Translations under genes and position numbers: made by a program
Assembly (NCBI GenBank): GCA_964016885.1
Contig: OZ024741.1
Span: 279,620,001 to 279,684,000, forward strand
Origin: Eledone cirrhosa
Taxonomy: Eukaryota
DNA length: 64,000 nucleotides
Direction: 5' to 3'
Notes under the pieces: model-generated
What the model was told of the DNA's origin: nothing
Database searches by the model: none
The model's input: only the letters and a program-made list of their open reading frames with translations
Shown here: one piece after another, positions 1-12,114 of the stretch
How the letters are laid out: every line of letters begins with the position of its first letter
Numbering within the stretch: the stretch's first letter is position 1

Positions 1-324
1 CCTAAAAAGCTGGAAAAAATGAAGTTTTTCACCTAATGCCATAAAAAAAGTTGGATTTTCTTTGCTTACGGTATGAAGAAAAGTGATTAATACATAGTTA
101 CAATTTCAAGAAAATCGGTCTGACGTAACGCCTCAAAAAACCCCTAAAAAGCTTAAAAAACCCAGTTTTTCACCTGATTCGGTCCCTAGGAGATCAAAAT
201 GTTTTATGTGCATAACACTCCCTGAAACATAAGTAATACACATTTAAAGTTTGAAAAAGATCGGTTGGGTACTTCTCGAATTTTAGGGATTCGAACACAC
301 TCACACACACACATCCTCAGTTTT

Positions 325-335
<11 letters not shown>
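1..335 (+). mobile_element. Probable 3' end of a Helentron/DINE-1-like non-autonomous element (truncated at window start)
   Basis: Repeated 'aa(a/g)tttcaagaaaatcggt / aaagtttgaaaaagatcggtt' modules, then an (AC)n tract and a 'cagttttttatatatat' end. This architecture is typical of HINE/DINE-1-like elements. Recognised by pattern only. Confidence 0.4.
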
Positions 336-358
<23 letters not shown>

Positions 359-380
359 TGTATATATGAACAAGAGGTGG

Positions 381-660
381 ACAACATCACAGAGAACTCA
401 GTTGTGTGTAGACACCGGAGATATAAGGCCCTTCTTCGAAGCCTGAAAGGCAGCATATGGCCCTACATAACAGGCCCAGAGTCCTTTGTGCTGCGCACCA
501 AGGCTCCTCCTGTGTGGGCAACAAGAGCAGTGAATGCCCTGTCTGTGGTGAGGGCCTAGCCGTCTGCACAACATAAAGGACTCTGGACCTGTTATATAGG
601 GCTATACCCCTAATATACTCGGTGTCTGCGCACAACTGAGTTCTCTCAGCAAGGTTGGTG
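381..660. mobile_element. Fold-back MITE-like element
   Basis: agagaactcagttgtgtgtagacaccg (391-417) is the near-perfect reverse complement of cggtgtctgcgcacaactgagttctct (620-646). An inner inverted pair (ataacaggcccagagtcctttgtgctgcgca / tgcacaacataaaggactctggacctgttat) is also present. Flanked by TA microsatellites. Confidence 0.65.
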
Positions 661-683
661 TATATATATATATATATATACAT

Positions 684-1205
684 AACTTTGAAACAATTGT
701 CGACTACTTTCTCCTACCACTGGAGCAAAAGGGTGACATAGTCATCTAGAAAACACACATGGTGTCATGAGGATGTTTGCTTGCAAACGAGTCGAATATT
801 AATATTATAATATCATTCACTCACGAATACATTTAGCTATCCACCATGTTAGAGCAGAAACAAATTTGGTTTATAATTTTTGGCAAAGCCGGACGTAGAG
901 TCACTTGGTATGCAAATTGGGCTAATCAGCTGATGTACACCTTTGAGAATACTATGTATTCTCAGGTGCCCCAGGAGGTAGCAACGACGAGAGAATACAT
1001 AAGTCTTGATAAGGGGCAATAATTCCGGAACAATTGTCGACTACTTTCTGCTACAGCTGGAGCAAAAGGATGACGTCAGTCATCTAGAAAACACACATGG
1101 TGTTATGAGGCTGTTTGCTTGAAAACGAACCAAATATTAATATTATTATTCACTCACAAATACATTTAAGTATCCACCATGTTAGAGCAAAAACAAATTG
1201 TTTTT
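684..1205 (+). repeat. Tandem ~337-bp unit (1.5 copies) carrying a hammerhead motif; Penelope pseudo-LTR/retrozyme-like
   Basis: 690-871 and 1027-1204 are diverged direct repeats, both beginning G(A/G)AACAATTGTCGACT. The second is preceded by AGTC-TTGATAA-GGGG-caataa-TTCC. Confidence 0.7.
1002..1042 (+). ncRNA. Variant/degenerate minimal type I hammerhead ribozyme (U3-A8 core; GAAA mutated to GGAA)
   Basis: Stem I AGTC(1002-1005)/GACT(1039-1042), core TTGATAA, stem II GGGG/TTCC, then GGAA, palindromic CAATTG and a GTC cleavage triplet. Confidence 0.55.
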
Positions 1206-1209
1206 ATTT

Positions 1210-2290
1210 ATATACACACGCATATATACCTATACAAATATACACACATGTAGACACACATATATATATATATATATATACATATATGTAAACACATGCA
1301 CATATATGTACACATATATACATACACATACGTACATATATATATACATATATATACATACATATACGTACATATATATATACATATATATACATACATA
1401 CGTACATATATATATACATATATATACATACATACGTACATATATATATACATATATATACATACATACACATATAGGTACACATATATACATACACATA
1501 CGTACATATATATACATACATATACATACATACACACATATATGTACACATATATACATACACATACGTACACATATATACATACACATACGTACATATA
1601 TATATATACACATACACATAATATACATACATACACATATCTATATACATACATACACATATCTATATACATACACATATATACATACATACACATATAT
1701 ATATACATACATACACATATATATATACATACATACACATATATATACACATACATACACATATATATACATACATACACATACATATATATATACATAC
1801 ACATACATATATATATACATACACATACATATATATATACATACACATACATATATATATACATACATACACATACATATATATATACATACATACACAT
1901 ACATATATATATACATACATACACATACATATATATATACATACATACATATATATATACATACATACACATACATATATATATACATACATACATATAT
2001 ACATACATACATATATATATACATACATACACATACATATACATACATACATACACATATACATACACATACACACACACATATATATACATACATACAC
2101 ATATACATACATACACACATATATATACACATATATATATATATACATACATACACATACACACATATATATACATACATACATACACATACGTACATAT
2201 ATATATACATACACATATACATACATATATATATACATACACATATACATACACATATATATACACATATATAGACACATATATATACAC
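1210..2290. repeat. Compound (AT)n/(AC)n/(ATAC)n microsatellite
   Basis: Low-complexity tract; source of the spurious YIHT/MYVC ORFs. Confidence 0.95.
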
Positions 2291-2394
2291 ATCAATGATA
2301 GGTGAGATGCATAACGTTGAGTGCTTTCAAATTGTTACATCATTTACTTCGAGGAAAGACCAATTTACCCAGTGGTGAACCACCAAATTTATGC

Positions 2395-3208
2395 GCATAT
2401 ATACACATATATATATACATGCGTGCATACATATACACACAAATATAAACACATATATACATATACAAATATATATATATATATACATATATATATACAT
2501 ATACACATCTATATGCATATCTAATATATAAATATACACACATCTATATGCATCTATATATACACACATCTATATGCATATATATATATATATATACACA
2601 CATCTATATGCATATATATATATATATACACACATCTATATGCATATATATATATATACACACACATCTATATGCATATACACATCTATATGCATATATA
2701 TATACATATAGACATCTATATGCATATATATATACATATACACATCTATATGCATATATATATATACATATACACATCTATATGCATATATATATATACA
2801 TATACACATCTATATGCATATATATATATACATATACACATCTATATGCATATATATATATATACATATACACATCTATATGCATATATATATACACATC
2901 TATATGCATATATATATATATACATATACACATCTATATGCATATATATATATACATATACACATCTATATGTATGTATATATATATATATATACACATC
3001 TATATGCATATATATATACACATCTATATGCATATATATATATATACATATACACATCTATATGCATATATATATATACATATACACATCTATATGTATG
3101 TATATATATATATATACACATCTATATGTATGTATATATATGTATATATATATATATACATACACATCTATATGCATATATATATATATACATATACACA
3201 TCTATATG

Positions 3209-3242
<34 letters not shown>

Positions 3243-3651
3243 TCTATATGCATATATATATACACATCTATATGCATATATATATACATATACACATCAT
3301 CTATATGTATATATATATATACACACATCATCTATATGTATATATATATACACATCTATATGTATATATATATATATATATATACACACACATCATCTAT
3401 ATATATATATATACACATCTATATGTATATATATACACATCTATATGCATATATATATATACATATACACATCATCTATATGTAAATATACATATATATA
3501 TACATACATGGAAAAAATGAAATTTCATTTCTCACTCTTAGTACGGCTGATACATACTTATATATACATACAGATATACATCTATATGCATATATATATA
3601 TATACATAATCTATATGCATATATATATACACATATACATCATCTATATGC

Positions 3652-3684
<33 letters not shown>

Positions 3685-3776
3685 CATCATCTATATGCAT
3701 ATATATATATATACACACATATACATCATCTATATGCATATATATATATATACACACATATACATCATCTATATGC

Positions 3777-3807
<31 letters not shown>

Positions 3808-3819
3808 TCATCTATATGC

Positions 3820-3850
<31 letters not shown>

Positions 3851-5339
3851 TCATCTATATGCATATATATATACACACACACATATACATCATCTATATG
3901 CATATATATATATATACACATATACATTATCTATATGCATATATATATATATATACACAAATACATTATCTATATGCATATATATATATATATATACACA
4001 TATACATCATCTATAAGCATATATATATACATACATAATCTATAAGCATATATATATATATACATATACATCATCTATAAGCATATATATATACATAATC
4101 TATATGCATATATATATACATATACATCATCTATATGCATATATATATACATAATCTATATGCATATATATATATATACATATACATCATCTATATGCAT
4201 ATATATATATACATATACATCTATATGCATATATATATATACATATACATCATCTATATGCATATATATATATACATATACATCTATATGCATATATATA
4301 TATACATATACATCTATATGCATATATATATATACATATACATCTATATGCATATATATATATACATATACATCTATATGCATATATATATATACATATA
4401 CATCTATATGCATATATATATATATACATATACATCTATATGCATATATATATATACATCATCTATATGCATATATATATATATACACATATACATCATC
4501 TATATGCATATGTATATATACACATATACATCATCTATATGCATATATATACACATATACATCATCTATAAGCATATATATATACACATATACATCATCT
4601 ATAAGCATATATATATACACATATACATCATCTATAAGCATATATATATATACATATACATCATCTATAAGCATATATATATATACATCATCTATAAGCA
4701 TATATATATATACATATACATCATCTATAAGCATATATATACATATACATCATCTATAAGCATATATATATATATACATATACATCATCTATAAGCATAT
4801 ATATATATACATATACATCATCTATAAGCATATATATACATATACATATACATCATCTATAAGCATATATATATATATACATATACATCTGTATGCATAT
4901 ATATATATATACATATACATCTATATGCATATATATATATATACATATACATCTATATGCATATATATATACATATACATCTATATGCATATATATATAT
5001 ATACATATACATCATCTATATGCATATATATATATATACATATACATCATCTATATGCATATATATATATACATATACATCATCTATATGCATATATATA
5101 TATATACATATACATCTATATGCATATATATATACATATACATCTATATGCATATATATATATACATCATCTATATGCATATATATATATATACATATAC
5201 ATCATCTATATTCATATATATATATACATATACATCATCTATATGCATATATATATATACATCATCTATATGCATATATATATATACATATACATCATCT
5301 ATATGCATATATATATATACATATACATCATCTATATGC

Positions 5340-5372
<33 letters not shown>

Positions 5373-5560
5373 TCATCTATATGCATATATATATATATAT
5401 ACACATATACATCATCTATATGCATATATATATATATACATATACACATCTATATGCAAATATATATATATACACATATACATACATGGAAAAAATGAAA
5501 TTTCATTTCTCACTGTTAGTACGGCTGATACATACTTATATATACATACAGATATATTCA
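2395..5560. repeat. Microsatellite-derived minisatellite (unit ~CATCTATATGCA(TA)nCATATA(CA)) with a duplicated ~75-bp unique island
   Basis: Dozens of ~28-36 bp units. The island ATGGAAAAAATGAAATTTCATTTCTCACT(C/G)TTAGTACGGCTGATACATACTT occurs at ~3508 and ~5486. Confidence 0.9.
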
Positions 5561-5819
5561 TATATATAACATGATTAAGTTATACATAACCCATACACAT
5601 TACATATATACTCGCAGAAATTAATATGAAGGCTCTTATGTTATATATGTATATGTGTGTGTCAGTGCAGGCATGTTTGTTTGTCTGTTGTGTTTATGGC
5701 AGTCTGCTTGTACGTGTGTGTGTGTGTATGATTATGTGTGTGTGTGAATATATATGTACGCTATATGTGTAATTATTAGTAATACAAACAATAGATTAAA
5801 GAGTGGTTGTTGGACTTAC

Positions 5820-5855
5820 CTTCGGCTTATATAGCCACCTTCGTAAAGAGTTCAT
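5820..5855 (-). CDS. ZFYVE28: First coding exon of lateral signaling target 2 / ZFYVE28 homolog (remaining exons outside the window, to the left)
   Basis: The minus strand reads ATG AAC TCT TTA CGA AGG TGG CTA TAT AAG CCG AAG|GTAAGT = MNSLRRWLYKPK, followed by a perfect phase-0 donor. This matches the conserved LST2 N-terminus (M..FRKWLYKPK) recalled from family knowledge. Confidence 0.8.
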
Positions 5856-5875
5856 CCTACCGCCAGTGCTTTCAT
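5852..5875 (-). promoter_or_regulatory. uORF (MKALAVG*) whose stop overlaps the ZFYVE28 start (ATGA)
   Basis: ATG at 5875-5873. TGA at 5854-5852 shares bases with the main ATG at 5855-5853. Confidence 0.55.
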
Positions 5876-6379
5876 TCCAGCGTGACCAGAAAAAATAGCC
5901 TAGACGTTGAATGTTTGCAATCGAGAAAGGAGGATCGCAAAAAATAAAGAAATTAGGCGAGGTAGGGGAAAAAAATAAATAATGTAGTAAATAACGGCGT
6001 AGACCAACAAGAGGAAATGGAAGCGCGAAATGACGAAAGTGATATTATTGTAGTGTATATATATAATATATATATAGAGATATCTATATATATACGGAGG
6101 AGGGTATACAAAAATATGAGAGAAAGTAAGAAATTATAGAAACAATAATAATGTTACAGAGGAAGAGGTGGGTAATCTAAGATAAAGAGAGTAAGTTGTT
6201 GGGGTGAGTAGTAAAAAAAAAAATGCCTGTGTGTATATTATACATATATATATGTGAGTATTTTGTATGTGTGTGGATATGTAAAATCCCGACCGTGCTT
6301 AAACAAGTAGAATACAAGCAAACAAAAATCCGTACTAAAATAGCTACTTAGTTATATAATAGAAGGAAGGGGGGTCTGA

Positions 6380-6620
6380 GACATGCACAAGGAGCGACGA
6401 GCCGTGATGGCTCGGGCATGCGTATTGCATCGGTGAACACCTACCGCGCTGACGTCACTTCCGCTCTGTCTTGTACTTCGCTCTCCTGTTCCATATCCTC
6501 ACGTGCCAATTACTGCAGACATCTCTCTCCACGTGAGGGAGATTCTAAGAACGGCGATTGTCTTCACAGTAAAATCACAACATAATTCACTAATATCATC
6601 GATGGCGGGGTACCTTTATA
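6380..6620. promoter_or_regulatory. CpG-enriched proximal promoter (likely of ZFYVE28, possibly bidirectional)
   Basis: TGACGTCA (CRE, 6450-6457) overlaps ACTTCCG (ETS, 6457-6463). Also GCATGCG (NRF1-like, 6416), CACGTG at 6500 and 6530, CCAAT at 6506 and GATGGCG (YY1-like) at 6601. Local CpG enrichment ~600 bp upstream of the first coding exon. Confidence 0.6.
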
Positions 6621-8275
6621 AGCTGTCGCCAGTTTTGGTCATATATATTTATTTATTTCTATCTCCCTCACTATCAATTTTACCAGATGTTTCGCTTACT
6701 TCATGCCATCATCATCATATATCACTCACTTGTTTATTATTAATTCTCTTCCTTCTCTATAATCCCTCTTAACTCTCTCTTCGAAACGTTCCTTCCTATC
6801 CCCGACACTTCTTAACTCATTGATGTCTGATATTTTACCTTCTGATTCTAATTTTAGTTATGACAAAAGAAAATCGTCCGCAATAACAGGACATGCTCTA
6901 TTTTACTCGTTCTATTTCTGTCTAAAATCTTTTTTTCTTCTCTTTTAATCTCTCTATCTTTCAAATAAGTTATGCCTTTATGGTAAATAAAGAAATATAT
7001 CTTTCAAATAAGTATTAAGTGAAAACCGGAAAACATCAAAGCAATAACTAGTCTTCATCTGCTTCATTCGTCATATTTTCGTAACCCACTGCGCATTGTA
7101 ACACATTTATATGTATATATATATATATCGTTATGTGGTTGACATCTGAGAGAAAAGGAGTACTCAATACCGAAATAGAATTTTAATATTCATTGTATTA
7201 AGGCTCAATTGTGAGTCTTGTTACTCTGTTTATAACGACCCTGTGATAAACAGGCGAAACTCCAGGGTATAAAAACTACTATTGAGACTCAATAAAATGA
7301 ACATATATATATATATATTTATACACACACACAATTTAGGGTGGTTTTCTGGTGGGGGTCGGGCGGTGACTACAGTTAAGTAAGGTCTTCAAAATGTTAA
7401 TAGAGAAGAATGATATTTATTTTACTCAGAAATGACTTCTACAGGACTTTCATTCTTAAGGAACATTCCTGCTGACTTCATACAAATGAAACAGTTTTCA
7501 AATACATTTGTGTGTGTCCTTTATATTAATCATATAAACTTTCTTAAATCCTATTTCTAAATTTTATTTCACGTTTTTTTTCTTTCTTGAAGCCATTGGT
7601 TACTTCCTGCTTTTAACAAACATCTACTATTGGCTCGGCTGGGAAAAAAATATTCTCTCTCCTTTTCTTACGCTCTCTCTTTCTCCTTTCCTTTCTCTCT
7701 CCTGTCGCTCATATGAAGAGACACATCTGAGACATCAATTTCCTCTTCTCCTCACGACATAAACTCACACTTTACTACCGCATACCACCTTCAGTTTACA
7801 CGATCTGTAAGGATTTTCTTTTCTTTACTTTCTTTTAACTTCTATAAAAGATTATTTGGATAATATCTTTTGTCTTTGACATATTTGCCCACACAAAAAT
7901 TGATCCTCTGAATGATGTCACGGCCTGCTAGAAACAGCACCGAAATCTCCTTCAAATCTCAGGCTTGTCTTTTATTGTATGTAGGCCCTCAACTCCTGAT
8001 GAAATTGTGGGGTTGTCGTCATGACATGCTGTGCACCAGTTTTCTATATCTGCCGTGATCACTTGCTAGTGATTTTTCTCCTCAATCTTTAATGTTGTTT
8101 ATCTTTTTCTTTGGCCAAATCTTTCTCTCTTCCCCTACAGTTCCTTGTAGGCACTACTGGACTTATCTATAAGCTATAACTTAGGACCACACACTCGCGG
8201 GGACTTCATTTTTTTTAAATATATTTTTATTTTATTAGTTTTTATTCTTTAACTCTAAATTATTAAAAATCATTT

Positions 8276-8600
8276 ATATCATCATCATAATCAGGGTTGG
8301 ACTGGTCTACATAGACCAAGTCAGTACTGAAGCGGTGGTTACTGATCTCCCAGACATGCCAGGGATCTGTCGTCTTATGTACGGCCTCACATTCTACCGG
8401 GTGCACAGGTTGGCAAGCTTTCTACGGTTGGATGCCCTTCACATAACCAACACTTTACATATTGTACTGAGTGCGTTTATCGTGTAGATCACCAAACACT
8501 AGGGAGGCTGTCATGCCTTGACACGACTGAAGGGTCAAGCTGATTCATTGTTTGGCTGGCTTTCTAGGGCTGGATGCCCTTCCCCTCACTAACCATTTCA
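8276..8600 (-). mobile_element. RTE-3'UTR-related short repeat (SINE-like/truncated LINE)
   Basis: (CAT)n tail at ~8280 and two 'tttcta(c)gg(c/t)tggatgcccttc' motifs shared with the 3' UTR of the RTE LINEs at 24.1 kb and 47.4 kb. Confidence 0.55.
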
Positions 8601-8906
8601 CTAGAGGGCAGCTGCTGAGAGCGTGGGGGGGGGGGTGCAGTAGGGCTGTAGTGGTGTTAGGGAGAGCTGTTAGTGAGCTGTGGTGGAAGTATACATAAAT
8701 ATTCTTTATCTAACATTAATATTTTTTTTAAATAATAATAGAATAGAGTTATAATTTAGCTTCGAACATAGCTGTATACAAATATGTATTTGAATTTCGT
8801 ATTTCTAAAGAAATACGGTATAAATAAACATTTAGAAAGCCGTAGCTATGCAAAAACACTGGCAGCTAACGCCCTCCAACGGTGTCTAACAGAAGCATGG
8901 GGGACA

Positions 8907-8950
8907 ATCGTCGATGTATTTCGAACTGAATTGGTTCTCGTCAGGACGAT
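8907..8950 (-). ncRNA. Minimal type I hammerhead ribozyme
   Basis: Minus strand: ATCGTC-CTGACGA-GAAC-caattca-GTTC-GAAA-TACA-TC-GACGAT. Perfect 6-bp stem I, 4-bp stem II, complete CUGANGA/GAAA core and AUC cleavage triplet. Confidence 0.8.
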
Positions 8951-9165
8951 CTCTCTCGCTCTTTCAACTGTTGGACTTTGAAAACAGGCGAGAATATCTA
9001 GTTTTCTTGTCAGTGGAAATGAGGTGATTAATCTTATTTGCATATGAAGCTGAATAAGTTGGCTCAACTTGTAATAGAATTAGAATTTAGCTTCGAACAT
9101 AGCTGTACACAAATATGTATTTGAATTTCATATTTCTAAAGAAATACTGTATGTTTATAAGAGAG

Positions 9166-9209
9166 ATCATCCTGACGAGAACGAGTTCAGTTCGAAATGC
9201 ATCGACAAT
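9166..9209 (+). ncRNA. Minimal type I hammerhead ribozyme (stem I partly decayed)
   Basis: ATCATC-CTGACGA-GAAC-gagttca-GTTC-GAAA-TGCA-TC-GACAAT. Intact core, palindromic TGCA in stem III, two mismatches in stem I. Confidence 0.7.
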
Positions 9210-9548
9210 TGGTGCCCTTGCTTCTGCTGGACACCGCTAGGTGGAGTTAGCTGCTAGTGTTTTGCATAGCTATGGCTTTCTAAATGTAGGGCCAAAATTA
9301 AGTTCTTTTGAGGCCCTGATTACTTAGAAAATTATGGTCGGTGTGTGTAAATATAAAATCTGCAAAAACAAAACGAGGTGGATTTTAAATGTCATGAACA
9401 TCAGTGAGAAGATAGTTTTCTGGCACCCCACACAGTTTGTTATCTACAAATGTGAAGACACTATATCCACCTAGACGGGGTTTGGTTTAATCAATTTTGG
9501 GCCCCTATATATAAAGTCTGAAACAAAAATTTTTTTTAGAATATCAAA

Positions 9549-9857
9549 TATTTTCAAGTCCCAAATAATAGAGGTGGGGGCGATTGATAATTTTCTAGGT
9601 TGTCTCCCTTTGATTTTTTTAAAAACCAGAATTAGTCATTCAGTTTACATATTGAGACCCCAGTCCATCCTATTTATTTTATAACGTATGAGATTTCTTG
9701 TAATGTTTATTTTTTTTTGCCATGTATAATGTTTTTTAATGTCTAAAGAAAATTAATTGTCGCAGGAATGCTACCACTTAAAATAAAATTTTGCTGGAGA
9801 TAGATAGCAAAATTTGATAAGCTGGTGGTGGGGACGATTATTCATGACCCAAGAGTA
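9549..9857. mobile_element. MITE family with TACTCT..GTC..AATAAT-like TIRs (related copies at ~11278-11535 and ~43403-43600)
   Basis: The ends tattttcaagtcccaaataat / attattcatgacccaagagta are imperfect inverted repeats. The internal sequence recurs at 11.3 kb and 43.4 kb. Confidence 0.5.
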
Positions 9858-10373
9858 CATTTAATTAATTGAATGGTACCCTTCTTTCTTTGATGCCATA
9901 AGCATGTGCTTATTTTGTATCACACCACAACATCAACCTTACTGGCAAGTCTGGAGTCTTGGAGATTGTTCCATTTTTACTGACCATTCTCAGCAGTTGA
10001 CATTGCATCTGTCAATAATAATTCATTGTTGTTGCTGTTCTTGTTGTTTATATAATACTAGATAGAGTTTATATAATACTAGATAATAATGGCAAGAGAG
10101 ATAGATAATCTGCAAGTTGTTCACACCTGTTACAGATGATAGAACTCCTTTACCTGAAGTATGTAATTAGGTAGGCAGGTAAATATAAAGACAAGACAGA
10201 TGGTAAATCAGAAGAGAGATTTGTTAGTGTATATACATATATATGTGTGTGTGTGTGTGTATACACATATCTAAAAAAAGTGTAAAGTCTGTCTTAAGCC
10301 AGAAGGCTCATTTGGCTGGTGCTTATTCCGGTTTCATGGCGTGAAGCGACACACACATATATATATGTATATA

Positions 10374-10425
<52 letters not shown>

Positions 10426-12114
10426 CATATATATACACACACACACATATATAATTTAATGAACCCCTGTGGCCTAGTTTCTTTCATGTAACTTGATAGT
10501 TCACTTGAGATGAATCTAATTTTCAGGCTCTTGAATAACAAGTAACAATTCCGCTCCATCCTCTTGCTAATCTTCTTTGGGTTGGTTTCAATTCCTCCCC
10601 AAATTATGTTTATATCGGCATACCTAGAAATATCTTGGTTTTGCTGAGGTAACTATTAATCTGCACTAAATACATATATTTTAATAAATTGGTGCAACAC
10701 ACACACATGGACAAACATACACATGCATACACACATAAACAAACATACATGCACACACATAAACAAATACACATGCGCACATTCACAAATACACATGCGC
10801 ACATACACAAACACACATGCGTATATAAACAAACACAAACGCATGCATACGCACACATGAACAAACATACTCACACGCACTAGCTCTGTTGCAACTTGTT
10901 GATGTTCCCTTTTCTGATTTCTTCCAGATAGCAGATTATCAGAAGTTAAGGCCCAAAACACTTGCATGAGGGAGCGTTTCTTCTCTGAAGACCTTCTATT
11001 TGGCTCTCTTGAGAGTTTCTTACCACTTAGTACTTATACTTTATCCCACTGAACACTCATTCCAACAATTTGAATTTAAATTATTGCCCCGCCTTCCTCC
11101 ATTACTCTCTTCTTACCTCCTAGATGTCCCCGTATTCTACTATTGTCACGATATCACCAATCAATGAGGTCACATTTACATGGTCACTCCACCTGCAAAA
11201 TATAGCATAAGATCATATTGGAAAATAATATGATATATTATAAAGTCTGCAAGAAAAAATGTCTTTAGAATATCAAATACTCTCGGGTCTCAATATTGAG
11301 ACCCCCAACCCATCCTATTTATTTTATAACATATGGATTTCTTATAATGTTCTTTTTTTTTGTCATGTATGTTTTTTAATTGCAGGGATGCTACCATTTA
11401 AAATAAAATTTAGCTGGAGATAGAGTAACAAAATTTAATAAACGGGAGGGTTGGAATAAGAGGGGTGGAGGGGATCTGAAAAATTAATGTCCAGGGGAAG
11501 GAGACAATTATTCTGAGAGCAATCCTAGAGATACATTTGCAGAACATCCCCCCTCCGCACACACACGCAATGCCTTGCTTATTGTACTAGCTTTGTCAAA
11601 TAAAAGTAATCATGGAAATTTGTGTGGAGTGACAGTTTATCTTTTGCAAACATAACCTACAGCAGATGAACTCCAGACATGAAACATTTAAATGAAAGAA
11701 AGACTACATGGAAGAATTACGTGACTAAAACAGGTGCTTTTCTACTTGAAGCTGTTACATAGGCATGAGAGACTTATGCATTGGCAAAGCCATAGGGTCT
11801 TTCCTTGTGATCTCCAAAGAACAGCTGGAGACAGCCTCACTGATAAGTGGAGTGAGACCTTCTACATCAAGCAAGGAATAACATGGCACAAAGTGTATTG
11901 TTTTTAAAATTGAGGATGGGATGAAGAGAAAAGTTAGGTGCATCACACAGCAGCCTATAGATTGTTCCCATAGTATTTGGTATGGAAAACATAAGGGCTA
12001 CTTTCTAACACAGTTCTCTACTTCTTGTTTATAAGGTTAACTCTTTCATTACTATATTTCTTATATGATACATTGTATTTTAATTAATTAATGTAGAATT
12101 TGGAGGGATACAAG

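Larger units (their letters stand above)
8743..9286. mobile_element. Penelope-like pseudo-LTR remnant with direct and inverted segments
   Basis: Direct repeat 8743-8822 / 9073-9152. Inverted repeat 8829-8957 / 9160-9286, each arm containing a hammerhead core. Confidence 0.7.

Noticed and set aside
1198-5574. Many long ORFs (up to 360 aa) rich in Y/I/H/T or M/Y/V/C
   Set aside because: Translations of AT/AC microsatellites that lack stop codons; not genes.
7220-7272. Possible hammerhead (stem ctgtttat/ataaacag followed by CGAAAC..GTA)
   Set aside because: The CUGANGA core is absent and there is no convincing stem I; at best a deleted relic.
9944-10010. Minus-strand 66-nt segment bounded by AG and GTAAGG (possible exon)
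   Set aside because: Translations are not recognisable and splice-like motifs occur by chance; needs RNA-seq.
11640-12010. Possible decayed Tc1-like transposase N-terminus
   Set aside because: Only a vague HTH-like pattern with multiple stops; no DDE motif or TIR pair found.
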